Positions 13,350-26,608 are shown, counted from the first letter of the stretch. The stretch: 64,000 bases of DNA from Chrysomallon squamiferum (GCA_012295275.1 CM022669.1:14074001-14138000), one strand, 5' to 3'. Notes: generated by a model from the sequence alone, not told the origin. A program made the numbers and translations.

Positions 13350-15955
13350 AAATCAGTTATAGCAACAATCAATGAAATGGACGAAACATTTTATATCTAT
13401 ATATTTCTTTTCAGGGATACTGAAATGGCAAATGACTGCACAGAAAATGGTTTCAGCAAAGCAGTATAAAGAGATACAAGGTTATGCCTATTTGATTTGA
13501 TATTCGTAAATAACTGTTAGTATAAAGACAAAGAAGTAATGCTTATTTTAATAATACTTATATGGTGCAGTCAAGGCATATCTCTTAGGGGAGTGTGAAT
13601 ACTCACAGATTTGATAAAGAAAACTATGTATTGTACCAAAGTTGAAAATACCGATGTTTCTATTTCTGTATTTATCAGTGATGAATAACTTTCAGAATCA
13701 ACATATTTAAATCCACTCATTAGTTTCTTGTTTAATGTTTCCAGAGAAGCTAAATGAAGCAGAAAAACAGCTGGAGGATGCGAGAAAGAGATTTGAAGAA
13801 AAAACAATGATTTAAAGATTGAGCTGAATTTGGCAAAGGAGAAAATGGCTGAGAATGAAGTTCAGTTTAAGAGAGAGAGAGATGAACTTGCAGACAGACT
13901 GAAAGAAAAGAATGGTAATTGACATGGATCTGCTGACTTGATATTCCATGTGTGATTACGTATTTTCTTCATACTATTATTGTTCTCTATTTACTGCAGA
14001 ATAGCCAACCGTTAATGAATACGAACATGTTTCTCAATGCACATAAAAGTTTTAAAAATAAATTTCATAAGCTGTTTTGATATTCGTAAATAAAGACATA
14101 GAAGAAACGCTTTATTTTAATAATATTTATATGCTGCAGTTGGCCCCCATTTTTTCTTCGAGTAATGATTTTCAAGCATTATGACATACATACATACATG
14201 TATAAGGACAAATTTTTTAATACTTCGAAAATAATAGAATGAAAAGCAAGAGTAGTCTGTCCATAGTCCTCTAGTAAAGCTTTTTTATAGCAACAGTTCA
14301 TTCACAAGTACATGTTCAACTATAACCAGGTATACTAAGTTTTCTCACTTTTATGTTGTGTGCTATTCCATGCAAATAGTCCAGGATGTGTCGATTTTCA
14401 CACTGTCTGACCAGTCTCAACAAACGCAGCAGTGAAGCTTCTTGGCATTTTCGATGAAATGGCTGAGATCTTCCTGCCAGTCGTCTGGTTTATTTCCAGT
14501 TCATTAGTGCTTGTTCACGCTTTAAAATGTCTGCACACATCCGGAAAATCAGATGGTAGACTCCAATGTTGACCGGAAGCGACGGTGCCACTCTTCCACG
14601 AAGTTGTTTGTCCTCAAAATACTCCAGTGTTTGTAATACAGAATCATCGCCATCAGCTTCTGATAAGGCTTCAAAACCTGCCATGACTTCATCCACTGGA
14701 ACGAATGCAACTGCAGCCATCTGACGGATCATTAAAGCAAACTCTTCATCAGTATTGTCATGAACTTCCAGACTAATCAGTTGAATTTGGTGCCAGATGC
14801 ATTGGCTCAAATGAAAGAAGTATCCAGTCACAGTACAGTTTAGCTTTACTGACGTGTTGCCTTCTAACTTCACACTCGTAAGAAATCACTCCACCCCTGA
14901 GTTCCTTCTGTCGGACATAAACATAGTTTCCGAGGGCAAATTTTGGAAGACCTCACTCTCACTCTGTAAACTCCATCTTACAGAATGTAATATTTTTGCT
15001 ACTACAAGGTATCACCTGATATACTTTTTCATTAATCTCAATTACAGATCACTTGCCAAAGAAGCTTTAGCATTTAATTAGCCTGAGTTAGTAATTATCT
15101 GACTTTAGTTAGTTCTGACGTTAGATGATATTTTATAATATGTTTTAGCAGATGAAAGTAATCCAACTGCCTTCACTCAAGATTATTGTAACACACTTTG
15201 ATTAATGTATTGGACTGTTGCTTGAAAATCATCCTGAATGATTTATCTGAAGAACAATTGGGGGGAAGCTGTTCAGGGAGAATTATCCTAGGGTGCAGTT
15301 GTCCGGTGGGCAGTTGTCCTGATACCAATACCGATGTTTTTATTTTTGTGTCTATCAGTTATTCAACTGATTAATAATGTTCGGAATCAACACGATGCCA
15401 TCATATTTAAACCTAGTCATTAGTTTCTTGTTTAATGTTTTTAGAAAAGCTAAATGAAGCAGAAAAACAGCTGGAGGATGCGAAAAAGAGATTTGAAGAA
15501 GAAAACAATGATTTAAAGAATCAGCTTAAATTGACACAGGAACAAATGACCGAGAATGAAAATCAGCTTATGAGAGAGAGAGATGAACTTGCAGACAGAC
15601 TGAAAGAAAAGAATGGTAATTGACATGGATCTTCTGACTTAATATTCCATGTGTGATTATGTTTTTTATTCTTCTATATTTACTACAGAAAGGGCAACCG
15701 TTAATGAATATGAACCTGTTTCTCACTGCAAATAAAACTTTTAAAAATAACTTTCATAAGGTGAAATATGAATTATTAAGAAAAGGCTATATTCAGTTAG
15801 CTAAAATTGATATTTAGCATTTATTTCGTCTAACATGTTTAGTAGTTAGATTGCAAGCAATTCATCAAATAGAAGATCGTGTATCTAGCTATATAAGGTC
15901 AAAAAAATAATTACTTTTTTCTTTTCAATTTACAGGTGATTTCAAAGAGCAATAA
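9135..15955 (+). CDS. Coiled-coil protein paralog B (no TM anchor). Exons 9135-9150 or 9954-9972, 10525-11076, 11666-11740, 12349-12453, 12773-13036(?), 13415-13480(?), 13745-13914 (1-nt frameshift), 15445-15615, 15936-15955
   Basis: All junctions are phase 1 with AG/GT. An N-terminal 10-aa repeat is followed by E/K-rich heptads, and the terminal exon reads GDFKEQ*. The donor at 13036 and the 66-bp exon are less certain. Confidence 0.7.
10371..10430 (+). pseudogene. Degenerate intronic copy of the 75-bp exon (11666-11740 / 459-533)
   Basis: 'gctattcttctgatgttggaagaaaatgaagagaatagaaactgatcaagctcttcacag' aligns to 'gctattcttatgattaccgaagaaaaagaaaagagaaaagaaactgaacaagctcttcagag' with indels and no matching donor. 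Confidence 0.75.
10551..10830 (+). repeat. Coding 30-bp (10-aa) tandem repeat, consensus QQYQS(S/T)QE(H/D)(P/S), ~9-10 units
   Basis: Repeated 'caacaataccagagt.ctcaagaacatcca', visible in ORF 10467..11087. Confidence 0.9.
14140..15326 (-). mobile_element. Degenerate Mutator-like (MULE) DNA transposon inserted in an intron of coiled-coil copy B
   Basis: The minus-strand fragment GYFFHLSQCIWHQIQ...EEFALMIRQMAAVAFVPVDEVMAGFEAL...LEYFED resembles MULE transposases. The terminus GGTATCAGGACAACTGCCCACCGGACAACTGCACCC (15326 leftwards) has short subterminal repeats. The element interrupts the ~790-bp host unit between 'gctgcagt' and 'aataccgatg'. Confidence 0.8.
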
Positions 15956-16646
15956 ACGAAAAAAATCTATGATAATAACAGCAACTTTAGTTATCATCAT
16001 CAGCGTCATAATTTATGTCTTTTTTATTGACACTGTTCAAAAAATGGTGTACTAAGTGAGATAAACATCATTTAGCTTTGTCATTTAGACAAAAAAAATA
16101 TTTTCAGAGAGGACGGAAAGACGAAAGAAGAAAAGGAACTAACATAAAGAATCAATATAATAATTATCATAAAATGTAAATGATAGATATTGCGTGTATA
16201 ACTAAATTAATTCCATTATCCATTAATAGAAGTGAGGTATTTATTCGAAATGTTGTTAAAAATACAATATTGTTTTATAATTAATGTGGTTTTTATTTAA
16301 AAAGATGTTAAAACACTATATTTTCTTATTAATGTTGTATATATTTAAAATAGCTTTTAAAACTATATTATTTTCTTATTAATGTTGTGTATATTTAAAA
16401 TAGCTTTTAAAATATTATAGCTGTTTTGTGATTATCAAATGCAGTTTTAACTACATTCAAAATATTTAGTTTATGTATTAAAATTAGCATATTGAATCTG
16501 TTAAACATATATATTCAAAACATACTATGTGTAACATCCTTTTTAGATTAATTTATTGTAAGTCTAAACTGTAGTGATTTCAGAAATTTCTATTGGAAGA
16601 ATGTTTTTGAAATAATAATTAAAAAAAAATCAACATGTTATTAAAC

Positions 16647-16919
16647 CAGGGGTCTCAAACTCTAGTAAAGAAAAGGGTCATCATGTACTCGAAAAGAGAC
16701 CCAGCGGACCAAGAATAAGGGTATGGAATGGGGGAGGTAAGCGAATTATAATTTTCAGGAGCTGCACAGCAAAGATTATAAGTGAATAAATGTAATTCGT
16801 CAACCATTTTATTGAATGTTAGATCTTATTTTCTGAAATATAGCAATCCTGTGGCAATGACAGAACTGTGTTCCATGCAAGCAAAACCATGATGGCAGGT
16901 CGCGTGATTGAGATCCCAC
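16647..16919. mobile_element. Non-autonomous hAT (Charlie-like) MITE, ~273 bp
   Basis: Left terminus CAGGGGTCTCAAAC; degenerate inverted right terminus GATTGAGATCCCAC. It is flanked by an imperfect 8-bp duplication TATTAAAC (16639-16646) / TATCAGAC (16920-16927). Confidence 0.65.
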
Positions 16920-17773
16920 TATCAGACGCTTTTAGAAAACGCTTTATTCAGTATTTTGTGTTATCATGAATTCGTTTTAATTCAGTGTTTATTTTTAGCC
17001 TATTACGTGGTTTTGGGAAAGTCATTAAAATATATTTAGAAGCTGTGTGGTGTGCTTTTGTTATGTTTTAAAAATATAACATGAAATGTTTTTCTAAAAA
17101 AAAGAAAACAAAAGAAAAAATAACCAATTTATGTTGTTATTGATATTAATGTATATATTTTGAAATTGTTTTAACAGATATTTGCTACTAGGATCATGCA
17201 AATAGTTTGTGTATGAATTAGGCACAGCAATAATTCTATCTAAACGAATAATATTAAGTCCTGATTTACAATATTATAGCTCTTACTGTAATGCCATAGA
17301 GCTGTACAAATAACATATCTAAAACAAGGGAATCGAGACTTTCACTAAAAAAAAACATGCATGCTGCCTTTTCTTTTTACAGAAATGTTGGGTTAGTTTA
17401 ATGCAGCTAATCTCTGAACGTCTACTAAACCTTCAGGTCATAATTGTTTTTATATAATTCAGGACTTTAATAATACGGAATTATAATTACAAAACAATAA
17501 ATAAATAAATAAATAAATAATTCATTAACTTTTATTTACATTACATGTTTAAACACATCATTTTTATGCATCGGTTAAGTTTAAATCATCAGTTTTGCCT
17601 ATCTGTTGTGCATGTCGCGAATTAACAGCGATCTCGTATTTTGAAATATATTTTTTTTGGTACGAAACTATCGATCTGAAAAGTTCATTAATCAATATGG
17701 GACATATCACCATCGAACTAATCAAATATTCACATGGACTACCAAACTGAGGCAAACGTCATATTGTTTCATA

Positions 17774-17781
17774 TGACGTCA
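17774..17781. promoter_or_regulatory. Perfect CRE palindrome TGACGTCA ~70 bp upstream of the SLC6 start codon (half site ACGTCA at 17756-17761)
   Basis: Exact match to the CREB/ATF consensus in an otherwise CpG-poor region. Function not shown. Confidence 0.4.
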
Positions 17782-17850
17782 TTTTCAGCAGACTTTAAAA
17801 GATTCGTAATTTTATAGATTTTCTGTGAACTGAAAATAATATTAATAAAT

Positions 17851-18108
17851 ATGTTTTCAAAACTTAAAAAAAAGCTAAATGCATCCGTCGAAAATGAATC
17901 TATTGAACGTGAGCAATGGCAATCGCATCTAGATTTTATTTTCTCCTCTTTCGGATATGCTATTGGCTTAGGCAATCTATGGAAATTTCCAAGCTTAGTT
18001 TACAACAACGGAGGTGGTAAGGAAGGCCATGGATTCTTAATGATGTTGTTTTGTTGTTGTCTTTTTTGAGCTTATGAACGTGTCACTGTGAATTGTTTAT
18101 GATTGGCG

Positions 18109-18146
<38 letters not shown>

Positions 18147-18926
18147 TCATCCTTTGAATAAAATGCTCGAATTTGCTTGATTTTCTTGTATTTTTATTTC
18201 TGTTCGTTGTTGTTTTTATTTACTTACTTATTTTCCTGTTGTATTGTATTCTTTGTTTGTTTGCTTGTTGTTTTTTATTATTATTCACATCAAACACTAT
18301 ACTATTGATAGTTGGTTTATATACAACGATTAAATATAAAATTATCATTTTCGATATTTAATTTTAAAAAAAATGAAAATATTACTCAAAAGTAGTATAC
18401 GTAAGAATTGTTGCAGTCTGCTTTCATTTGAATGATAATGTATTATACAATTTCCTATTGCAATATTAAGGAAAATAAACTACGGCAACCCCTATGGAAA
18501 TTTTCTTTCTTTCCTTCTTTCGGTCTTTTATTACTTTTGTTGTTGTTGTTGCTATCTCGCAATTAATATATTTAACTAAAGTAACAACAAACAACAGCAA
18601 CAACACGCAGTTGGTTTTTCAAATCCTATATTCCTTTTACCTTGCAGAAGTCACATTATAAAAACATCCAACGTCCGCGGCAAATGTCAAAATTAAAATG
18701 TATTTTGTATTCAGGTGCATTTTTTATCCCATACTTGGTGATGCTGTTTTTGGTTGGAATTCCATTCTTCTTACTGGAGTTAAGTCTGGGTCAGTTCACT
18801 AACTGTGGGCCAGCAACTTGCTGGAAGTTTGCCAGAATATTTAGAGGTAACAAACTAAGTAGATTTTGAAAAAGTAAAACGTACTCGTTTTTTTTTCTTT
18901 GTTTTGTTTTTTCTTTGGCGACATTC

Positions 18927-19001
<75 letters not shown>

Positions 19002-21380
19002 AAAATCCTTAACCTTTCGTGTTTTTATATATATATATATTTAACTATTTATCATTACTGATGAACTTTCTTAGGTTTTTCAACATAAATTCTGTTTCTA
19101 TTTATTTATTTATTGACAATCCAGGTATTGGCGTGGCCATGTTTGTTTTGTCGGCCTACGTCAGCATTTACTACAATATGATTATTGCATGGTCATTTTT
19201 CTACTTGTTTGCGTCATTTACATCAGAATTGCCTTGGTCTTCATGTCGAGCAGACTGGAGCTCTGAATGTTTGTATTTTTCTTTATTTTCAATTTAAATT
19301 TATAATGGTGACTTCGTTGAATAGTTAGCGTGAGTTCGTTAAAGGGAAATAACTTTCGTTTTTTTATTATAATAAGACTTCTCTATAAAATAAACATTAT
19401 TCTCTTCTGAGTTGTTCCTGGAATAAGAATTGCGTAGTGACTTATATATATATATATATATATATATTTTTTTTATTTTTATTTTTTTTTCTGGGTACAG
19501 ACAGTATGTGGAGAGATAATTAAATTTTATTAAATATATTTTATTGTATCTTACTATATCTATTTATTATGTTTTTCTGGTTTATTTTCAGGGGAATTTT
19601 TTTTATATATATTAAAAGTTATATAAACAACTGTAAATTGCATTTCAAATATTTATGAGTAGTTTCAAATTAAAAATGAACATAATAATTCACCATCTTT
19701 TCAGGTGTGTGAGGGTTTTTTTAATTTTTTTTTTATTTTTTTTTTTTTTTATTTTTTTTTTTTTTTTCTGTTATTCTGTAGATTATTTGAATAAGGAATT
19801 AAAAATTTACAAAATAATTGTCCAGTGTTTTCTTTATTATTTTTTTTTTTTTCTCTCTCTCTGTTATTCTGTAGATTGTTTGAATAACTTGCCCTCATAT
19901 AACAAGTCTTATTGCATGGCTCTGGGCTACACAACAGAAATCAATGGCACCTGCTACTCTTCAGATGGAAAACTGAGGGCTCTGTACAATGAACCAATAG
20001 CTCGTTTCTATGAAATTAGAAAAACTCTGCCAACAAAAGAGTATCTAGAGTATGTTTTTTGATTAAGCCAATTCTACACCTGCTTGTCACATTATATACA
20101 AAATATACTGTTTATATTCATTAATTTGTTAATACTTATGTTATATATGCATACATATATACATTCGTACGTAGTTAAATGCATACATACATACATACAT
20201 ATTATATACATACACACATACATACATACACACACACACACATACACATATGTACATATAAAGACATATATACAAAGCTACCTCTATATATATATATACT
20301 TACACATATATACATACAGACATATATATGTATATATACATACAGACACATATATATACATACAGACATGTGATTTGGGTGTGTGTGTGTGTGTATATAT
20401 ATACATACAGACATGTGATTTGTGTGTGTGTGTATATATATACATACATACATGTGTGTATACCTTTTTCAGAAATATGGTTTTGGGGTATAAATATGGT
20501 TCTAGTTTTGAAAATATGGGTCCACCTCAAATCCATCTCGTTGTTTGCTACCTGCTGTCATGGATGTGTGTTGCCATAAAGCAGAGCAGGCCACTCAAAG
20601 TGTCAGCAAAAGTAGGTTGTCTCCCTTTACAAACTCTTACATGATACTATTATGCTTGTTGCATAACCTGAGCAGAATACCCATCAAGCTGTTTTTCCAG
20701 GAAAACTAGCAGGTTTGTCAAAGGCAGTGATAAATGCTTACATCTCTATGGAAAACTGAATGTAAATATTCCATACACATGAGAAATCTTCTACTCAAAA
20801 TGTTTTAATATTAATAATGATGATGGTGATGAAAATGTTGATGATGATGGTAATAATATTAATAATAATAATAATTCTAAAAATAATCATAATAATGACA
20901 ACAATAGTAATAATCATAATAACAACAACAATAATAATCATAATAATAACAACAACAACAACAACAAAAATAATAATAATAATCATAGCAATAGTAATAA
21001 TAACACCAACAATAACAGAACTAATATAACAATAATGAGAAATAACCTGCAGTAACTTGGTGTTTTCCTAAATGTTTTCTATAATTATATACTTGCAGGT
21101 GGTGTATTTCACTGTTGGGTTTCCATATGTCATTATGATCATTTTAATGGCACGAGGCATCATGCTTAAGGGCTCCTTGGTTGGTATTCAGTTCTATATC
21201 TATCCAGAGATAAAAATGCTACACAAAATAGAGGTATTTCTCTCTGTTCTTGTCAGCGACATTTTGTTGCCTTTGAGCATTAAACCTTTTGGCTATTTCT
21301 GAATTAAAACAAAAGATACATGTTGTCACTCTGTAGATTAAGTCTGTCTCTATGCTGCTAATATGCAAACTTTGCTCTGG

Positions 21381-21412
<32 letters not shown>

Positions 21413-23253
21413 GATGACAGTTCTATGGGGTTTTGATGTCAGAATTTATATTATTTAAAGAATGTATTTTTTTTATGATGTCTGAATGTATGTTGTTTAA
21501 CGATGGTTTTTAATGTCAGAGTTTATGTTGTTTAATGACAAGTGTTATTAATGCCAGAGTTTATGTTGTTTAATAATAAGTGTTGTTAATGTCAGAGTTT
21601 ATGTTGTTTAATGATAGGTGTCGTTGATGTCAGAGTTTATGTTGTTTAATGACAGTTGTTGTTAATGTTTGAGCTAATGTTATGTTGTGACCGGATATAT
21701 CAGTTTGTTAATGTCAAAGTTTATGTTGTTTAATGACATTTTATTTTTTTTGATGTTAGAGTTTATGTTGTTTAATGAGAGATGTTGTTAATGTCTGATC
21801 TTATGTTGTTTGAACTGATCATGTTTGACACGTTAGTTTAGTTGATGTGAACTGTATATTGCTTATATATATTAAAGAATGGTAGTTTGTTTATCTATTT
21901 TGTTAATAAGTTTACTTTGAGGGAAGATAACCAAACAAAGTATGACAGCAAAATAGCAAGCTGTAGAAGAGTCACTGTAAATAGTATTGTAAAAATTGCT
22001 GGATTAAATAGAAACTTATTAAAATAATTTATTCATTTTAAATATTGCAGGATTAAGCAAATACATATTAAAGCTTATGCAAGAGATTCTGATCAAAACA
22101 AAACAGTTTAAATATTACAGGAGTAGATACATATTAAAATAATGTTTTTAAATATTCCAAGATGAAGTAGATACTTATCAAAGCAATGTAAACATTTTAA
22201 TTATTCCTAGATTAAGTAGATTCTTATTGAAACAGTGCAAACAGTTTAAATATTACAGGATTAAGTAGATACATATTAAAATAACGTTCATTTTAAATAT
22301 TCCAAGATGAAGTAGATACTTATTAAAACTGTGTATACATTTCAAATATAGATGTTTACTAAAAACAATATGTCAATTTTCAGGTATGGAAGGATGCTGC
22401 CACACACATATTCTTCTCATTATCGCTGTCTCTAGGAGGATGGATATCACTGTCCAGTTATAACCGGTTCAGAAATGATGTAGTCAGGTAGTCTTGTTTA
22501 GCATACACAGCATGGTGTGACTCTACCTTCCTTCATTCATAGACAGCTGTATTTTGTCTGATTGTGGAAAACAGAAATTGCTTTATTTATTCATCATCAT
22601 TGATACTGTTTTTTTTTTTAATTATCATCATCATCATCATCATCAATATTTTCCTTATCAGCATCACCATCATTATCAATACCATCATTATCGTTATCAT
22701 CATCATCATCAATATTTTCCTTATCAGCATCATTATCATTATCATACCATCATTATCATTATCATCATCATTATTATTATTGATATCATCATCGATTTCA
22801 TCATTATTTTTATCACCATTATTGTTACCATCATCATCATTACTGTTGTTATCATCATTATAATCATTATAATCATAAATATTATTGTTACCGTTACACT
22901 GCAGGGACAGTTTGATTGTGGCTTTAGTCAATTTTCTCACAAGCATTTTTGGCGGATTTGTTATATTTTCATATCTTGGCTTCCTGGCTGAAGAGATGAA
23001 CGTTCCAATTGATGAAGTTGTTACAAAAGGTAAATACTTCATAAGCAGCTTCCTATGCCATTTACGTCTTGATGGGGGTTGGAGTGGACAATTAATGTAA
23101 CTGATATCTTGTGTTTGTGTTTGTGTTTGTGTGTGCATGTGTACATGTATATGTGTGTGATTTTAAGTAAGTGGGATGTGTGTGTGACTGTGTTTGTGTG
23201 TGTGTGTGTGAGGTGTGTGTGTATAATAAAGATGATAAACCTGAACACAAAGA

Positions 23254-23291
<38 letters not shown>

Positions 23292-23871
23292 TCTTTGTGT
23301 TTAGGTTTATCATCTTTATTTTTATTTAATTTGTTTTTTCAGATTCAACATTAACATTTGTTATTTATCCATTTGCTGTAACAAAACTTCCAGCATCACC
23401 AGTGTGGTCTGTTTTATTTTTCTTTATGATGATTCTGCTTGGTTTGGACAGTCAGGTTCCTTATTAATTTGCCCACACACACACACACACACGCGCGTGC
23501 GCGCATGCACACATAAATAAATACATATTGACAAACAGCATGTACATTAACACATTCTCTTACATACACACACTCACACTGTCTCTCTCTGTTAAACACA
23601 CACATACATATATGTATTTTAAATTCTTTTATATTAAATACACAGAAATTGGTGGTATGGATTTATTTCTTCTTCTTTTGAAACTGATGAGTTTTCATCA
23701 TGCAATACTTTGATTATTAAGAACTGTATTAAAGAAAAATGTTGCCTTATTTTTGAAATGTTTAATTGTTTACCTATTCATTCATTTATTTATTCATATA
23801 TTCTTTCATTATATATTTATATGAATATGTATATGTGGATATAACATACAGTATGTATATACACACACACA

Positions 23872-23954
<83 letters not shown>

Positions 23955-25071
23955 TATATACTGCACCACATACATACATACATATCATTACTGTTTTGGT
24001 TTTTTCCAGTTTGTTTTTGTGGAAACGTGTTTATTATGTATAACTGACAGTTATCCGAAAACTCGCAAATACAGACTACTGCTTGTGTCCACTGTCTGTG
24101 GTATTTTCTTCATCTTGGGTCTTCCATTAACAACCAATGTAGGCACATAATCATCTTGTAACAGACACACATATAAACAGACAGGTTAATAGATTAGACA
24201 GATAAGACAGTTGGACAGAACTGAAGACTAGACTTACAAGCAAATAATTATAAGAGTAGATCCACATACACAATTTAAATGCTAGTAAACGTGTATATAA
24301 TTTCAGTTATGTGTTGATATACTTGCTGGACAAGAATTTTGTATTTTGGTTGAGTTTTTGTTATTCAGTATTTTTACAGTGGTAGAAGACACTGTGTGTC
24401 TTTAATGCAGACTGAATCGAGTGTTATTTCTGTTTATTTATCAAATAATTTGAAGGGTGCTGTCTTCATAGTGGATATGATGCACAGTTATACTGGAGGG
24501 TGGAGTCTCATGTTTGTGGGGGTGTCCGAGTGTATAGCTGTTGTTTACATATATGGTATGTTTACCTTCACATTAATTTTCACTTACCTGTAAATCGTCA
24601 AACAATAATTATAACTAGTAATTAATTTATTTATTTATTTATCTGAGTGTTTATATATATATATATAAACACTCAAAAAAAAAAAAAAAATTTAAAGCTT
24701 AATTTAAAATTTTTATTTATTTGTTTATTGTTTTTATTTTTGAGGGTTATTTTTTACTTGTTTATTTTGTTATTATTTTCATTTTATTTTATATTTATTT
24801 TTAATTATTTCTTATATTTATTCATATTTACAAAATGTGTGTCTTTAAAAAATAATAATAATAATACGAAAAATTAATAATGATACACACAGAACTCTAC
24901 ATGACTGGAACTTCACACTAGTAAACTGAGCACATACTCATTTATTAAAAATACCATCATTCTACAATATAGGTTTTTATATATTAATAATATATATGAC
25001 AGTTTGGCAGTACTTTTTAATACTTTTTTAGGTTTTGTCTTTACAAAACTGAATTATTGTTATTGTTGTTG

Positions 25072-25103
<32 letters not shown>

Positions 25104-25119
25104 GTTATTATTATTATTA

Positions 25120-25166
<47 letters not shown>

Positions 25167-25249
25167 GATTTTTACCATTGCTGATTTATTTATTTATTTA
25201 TTTTTATTTGTTTATTTATTATTTTTTATTATTTTATTTTTTTTATTTA

Positions 25250-25312
<63 letters not shown>

Positions 25313-25651
25313 ATATAATTGTTTTGTTTGTTTTTTTTTTTTTTTTGTCTTCTGATGATATTTTTATATCCAGGTGTTGATAGGTTTATGCTGGATATTG
25401 AGACAATGGTTGGGAAAAAGGTCTTGTATTGTATAGAATGGGAACTCATGGAACATTACTGTGCTGCTTGCTGGGGCATCATTACCCCTGTGACCACACT
25501 GGTAAGTTTATTTTTGTATTTATTTAAGTATGGAAGGTGTTGTTGTTTTTTAAAGAGTTGTTTAAATTTCTTTTTATTAAATTATGATTATTTTGTTTTC
25601 TTAATATTTTTAATAAGGTTTTTATTTAATTTACTTTAATTTTATTCTTTA

Positions 25652-25689
<38 letters not shown>

Positions 25690-25835
25690 TGGCCCTTTTA
25701 TTATTGTTAAACTTAAATATCTAACTGAATTAGTGTTACTATTACACACTCACACACACACACAAATTCATATATAAATATATATATATTTATGTATGTA
25801 TGTATGTATGTATGTATGTGTATGTGTACATACAA

Positions 25836-25877
<42 letters not shown>

Positions 25878-26608
25878 ATAGGTTATTGCTATTTGGTCTA
25901 TGGTTGATAGAGAAGCAGCACCTATGTATCTGAAGACAGCTGATGTTATTGGTGGGGTCATGTTACTGTCTGTTATGATGGCTCTCATCTTACCAGGAGT
26001 TATGCTTCTTCTCACAACAAGTGGGCCATTTAAAGAGGTACAAATACTGATGATGATGATGATGATGATGATATTGATTTTGTTGAGTGATGATGATAAT
26101 GATATTGATTTTGTTGAGTAATGATGGTGTTTAATATTAGTCAATAAAATGATGATGTGATGATTTTGTTGAGTGATGATGATGTTAATATTAGTTATTT
26201 AACTGATGATGATGATTTTGTTGAGTAATAGTGGTGTTAATATTAGTTGATTAAATGATCATGATATTTGTTGAGTAATGATATGTTAATATTAGTTAAA
26301 ATGATTATGTTGAGTAATAATGTGTTAATATTAGTTATTTAAAATCATGATGATTTTGTTGAAAATAATTTCACACCAAATGACATGAAAAAATTTACTT
26401 ATTTATTTATTTATTTTATTTTATTTTATTTTATTTTATTTTATAAAGCGAATATACAAGGCTACCAATCCAACTTATGACTGGGGACCACTGCTGGTGA
26501 AACACAGGGCACTGGTTGCCGAATACACTCCTAACTTTATAACAAACCCTGATGATTTGAATGAAACGGATATAGAGGTAAAAACGATAATATACTGATT
26601 CCTAATTT

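Noticed and set aside
20084-25449. Many ORFs rich in HT/YI/CV/poly-I/poly-L/poly-H
   Set aside because: Translations of intronic microsatellites. The same applies to the poly-ER/SL ORFs at 7745-7990, 13106-13469 and 44570-44920.
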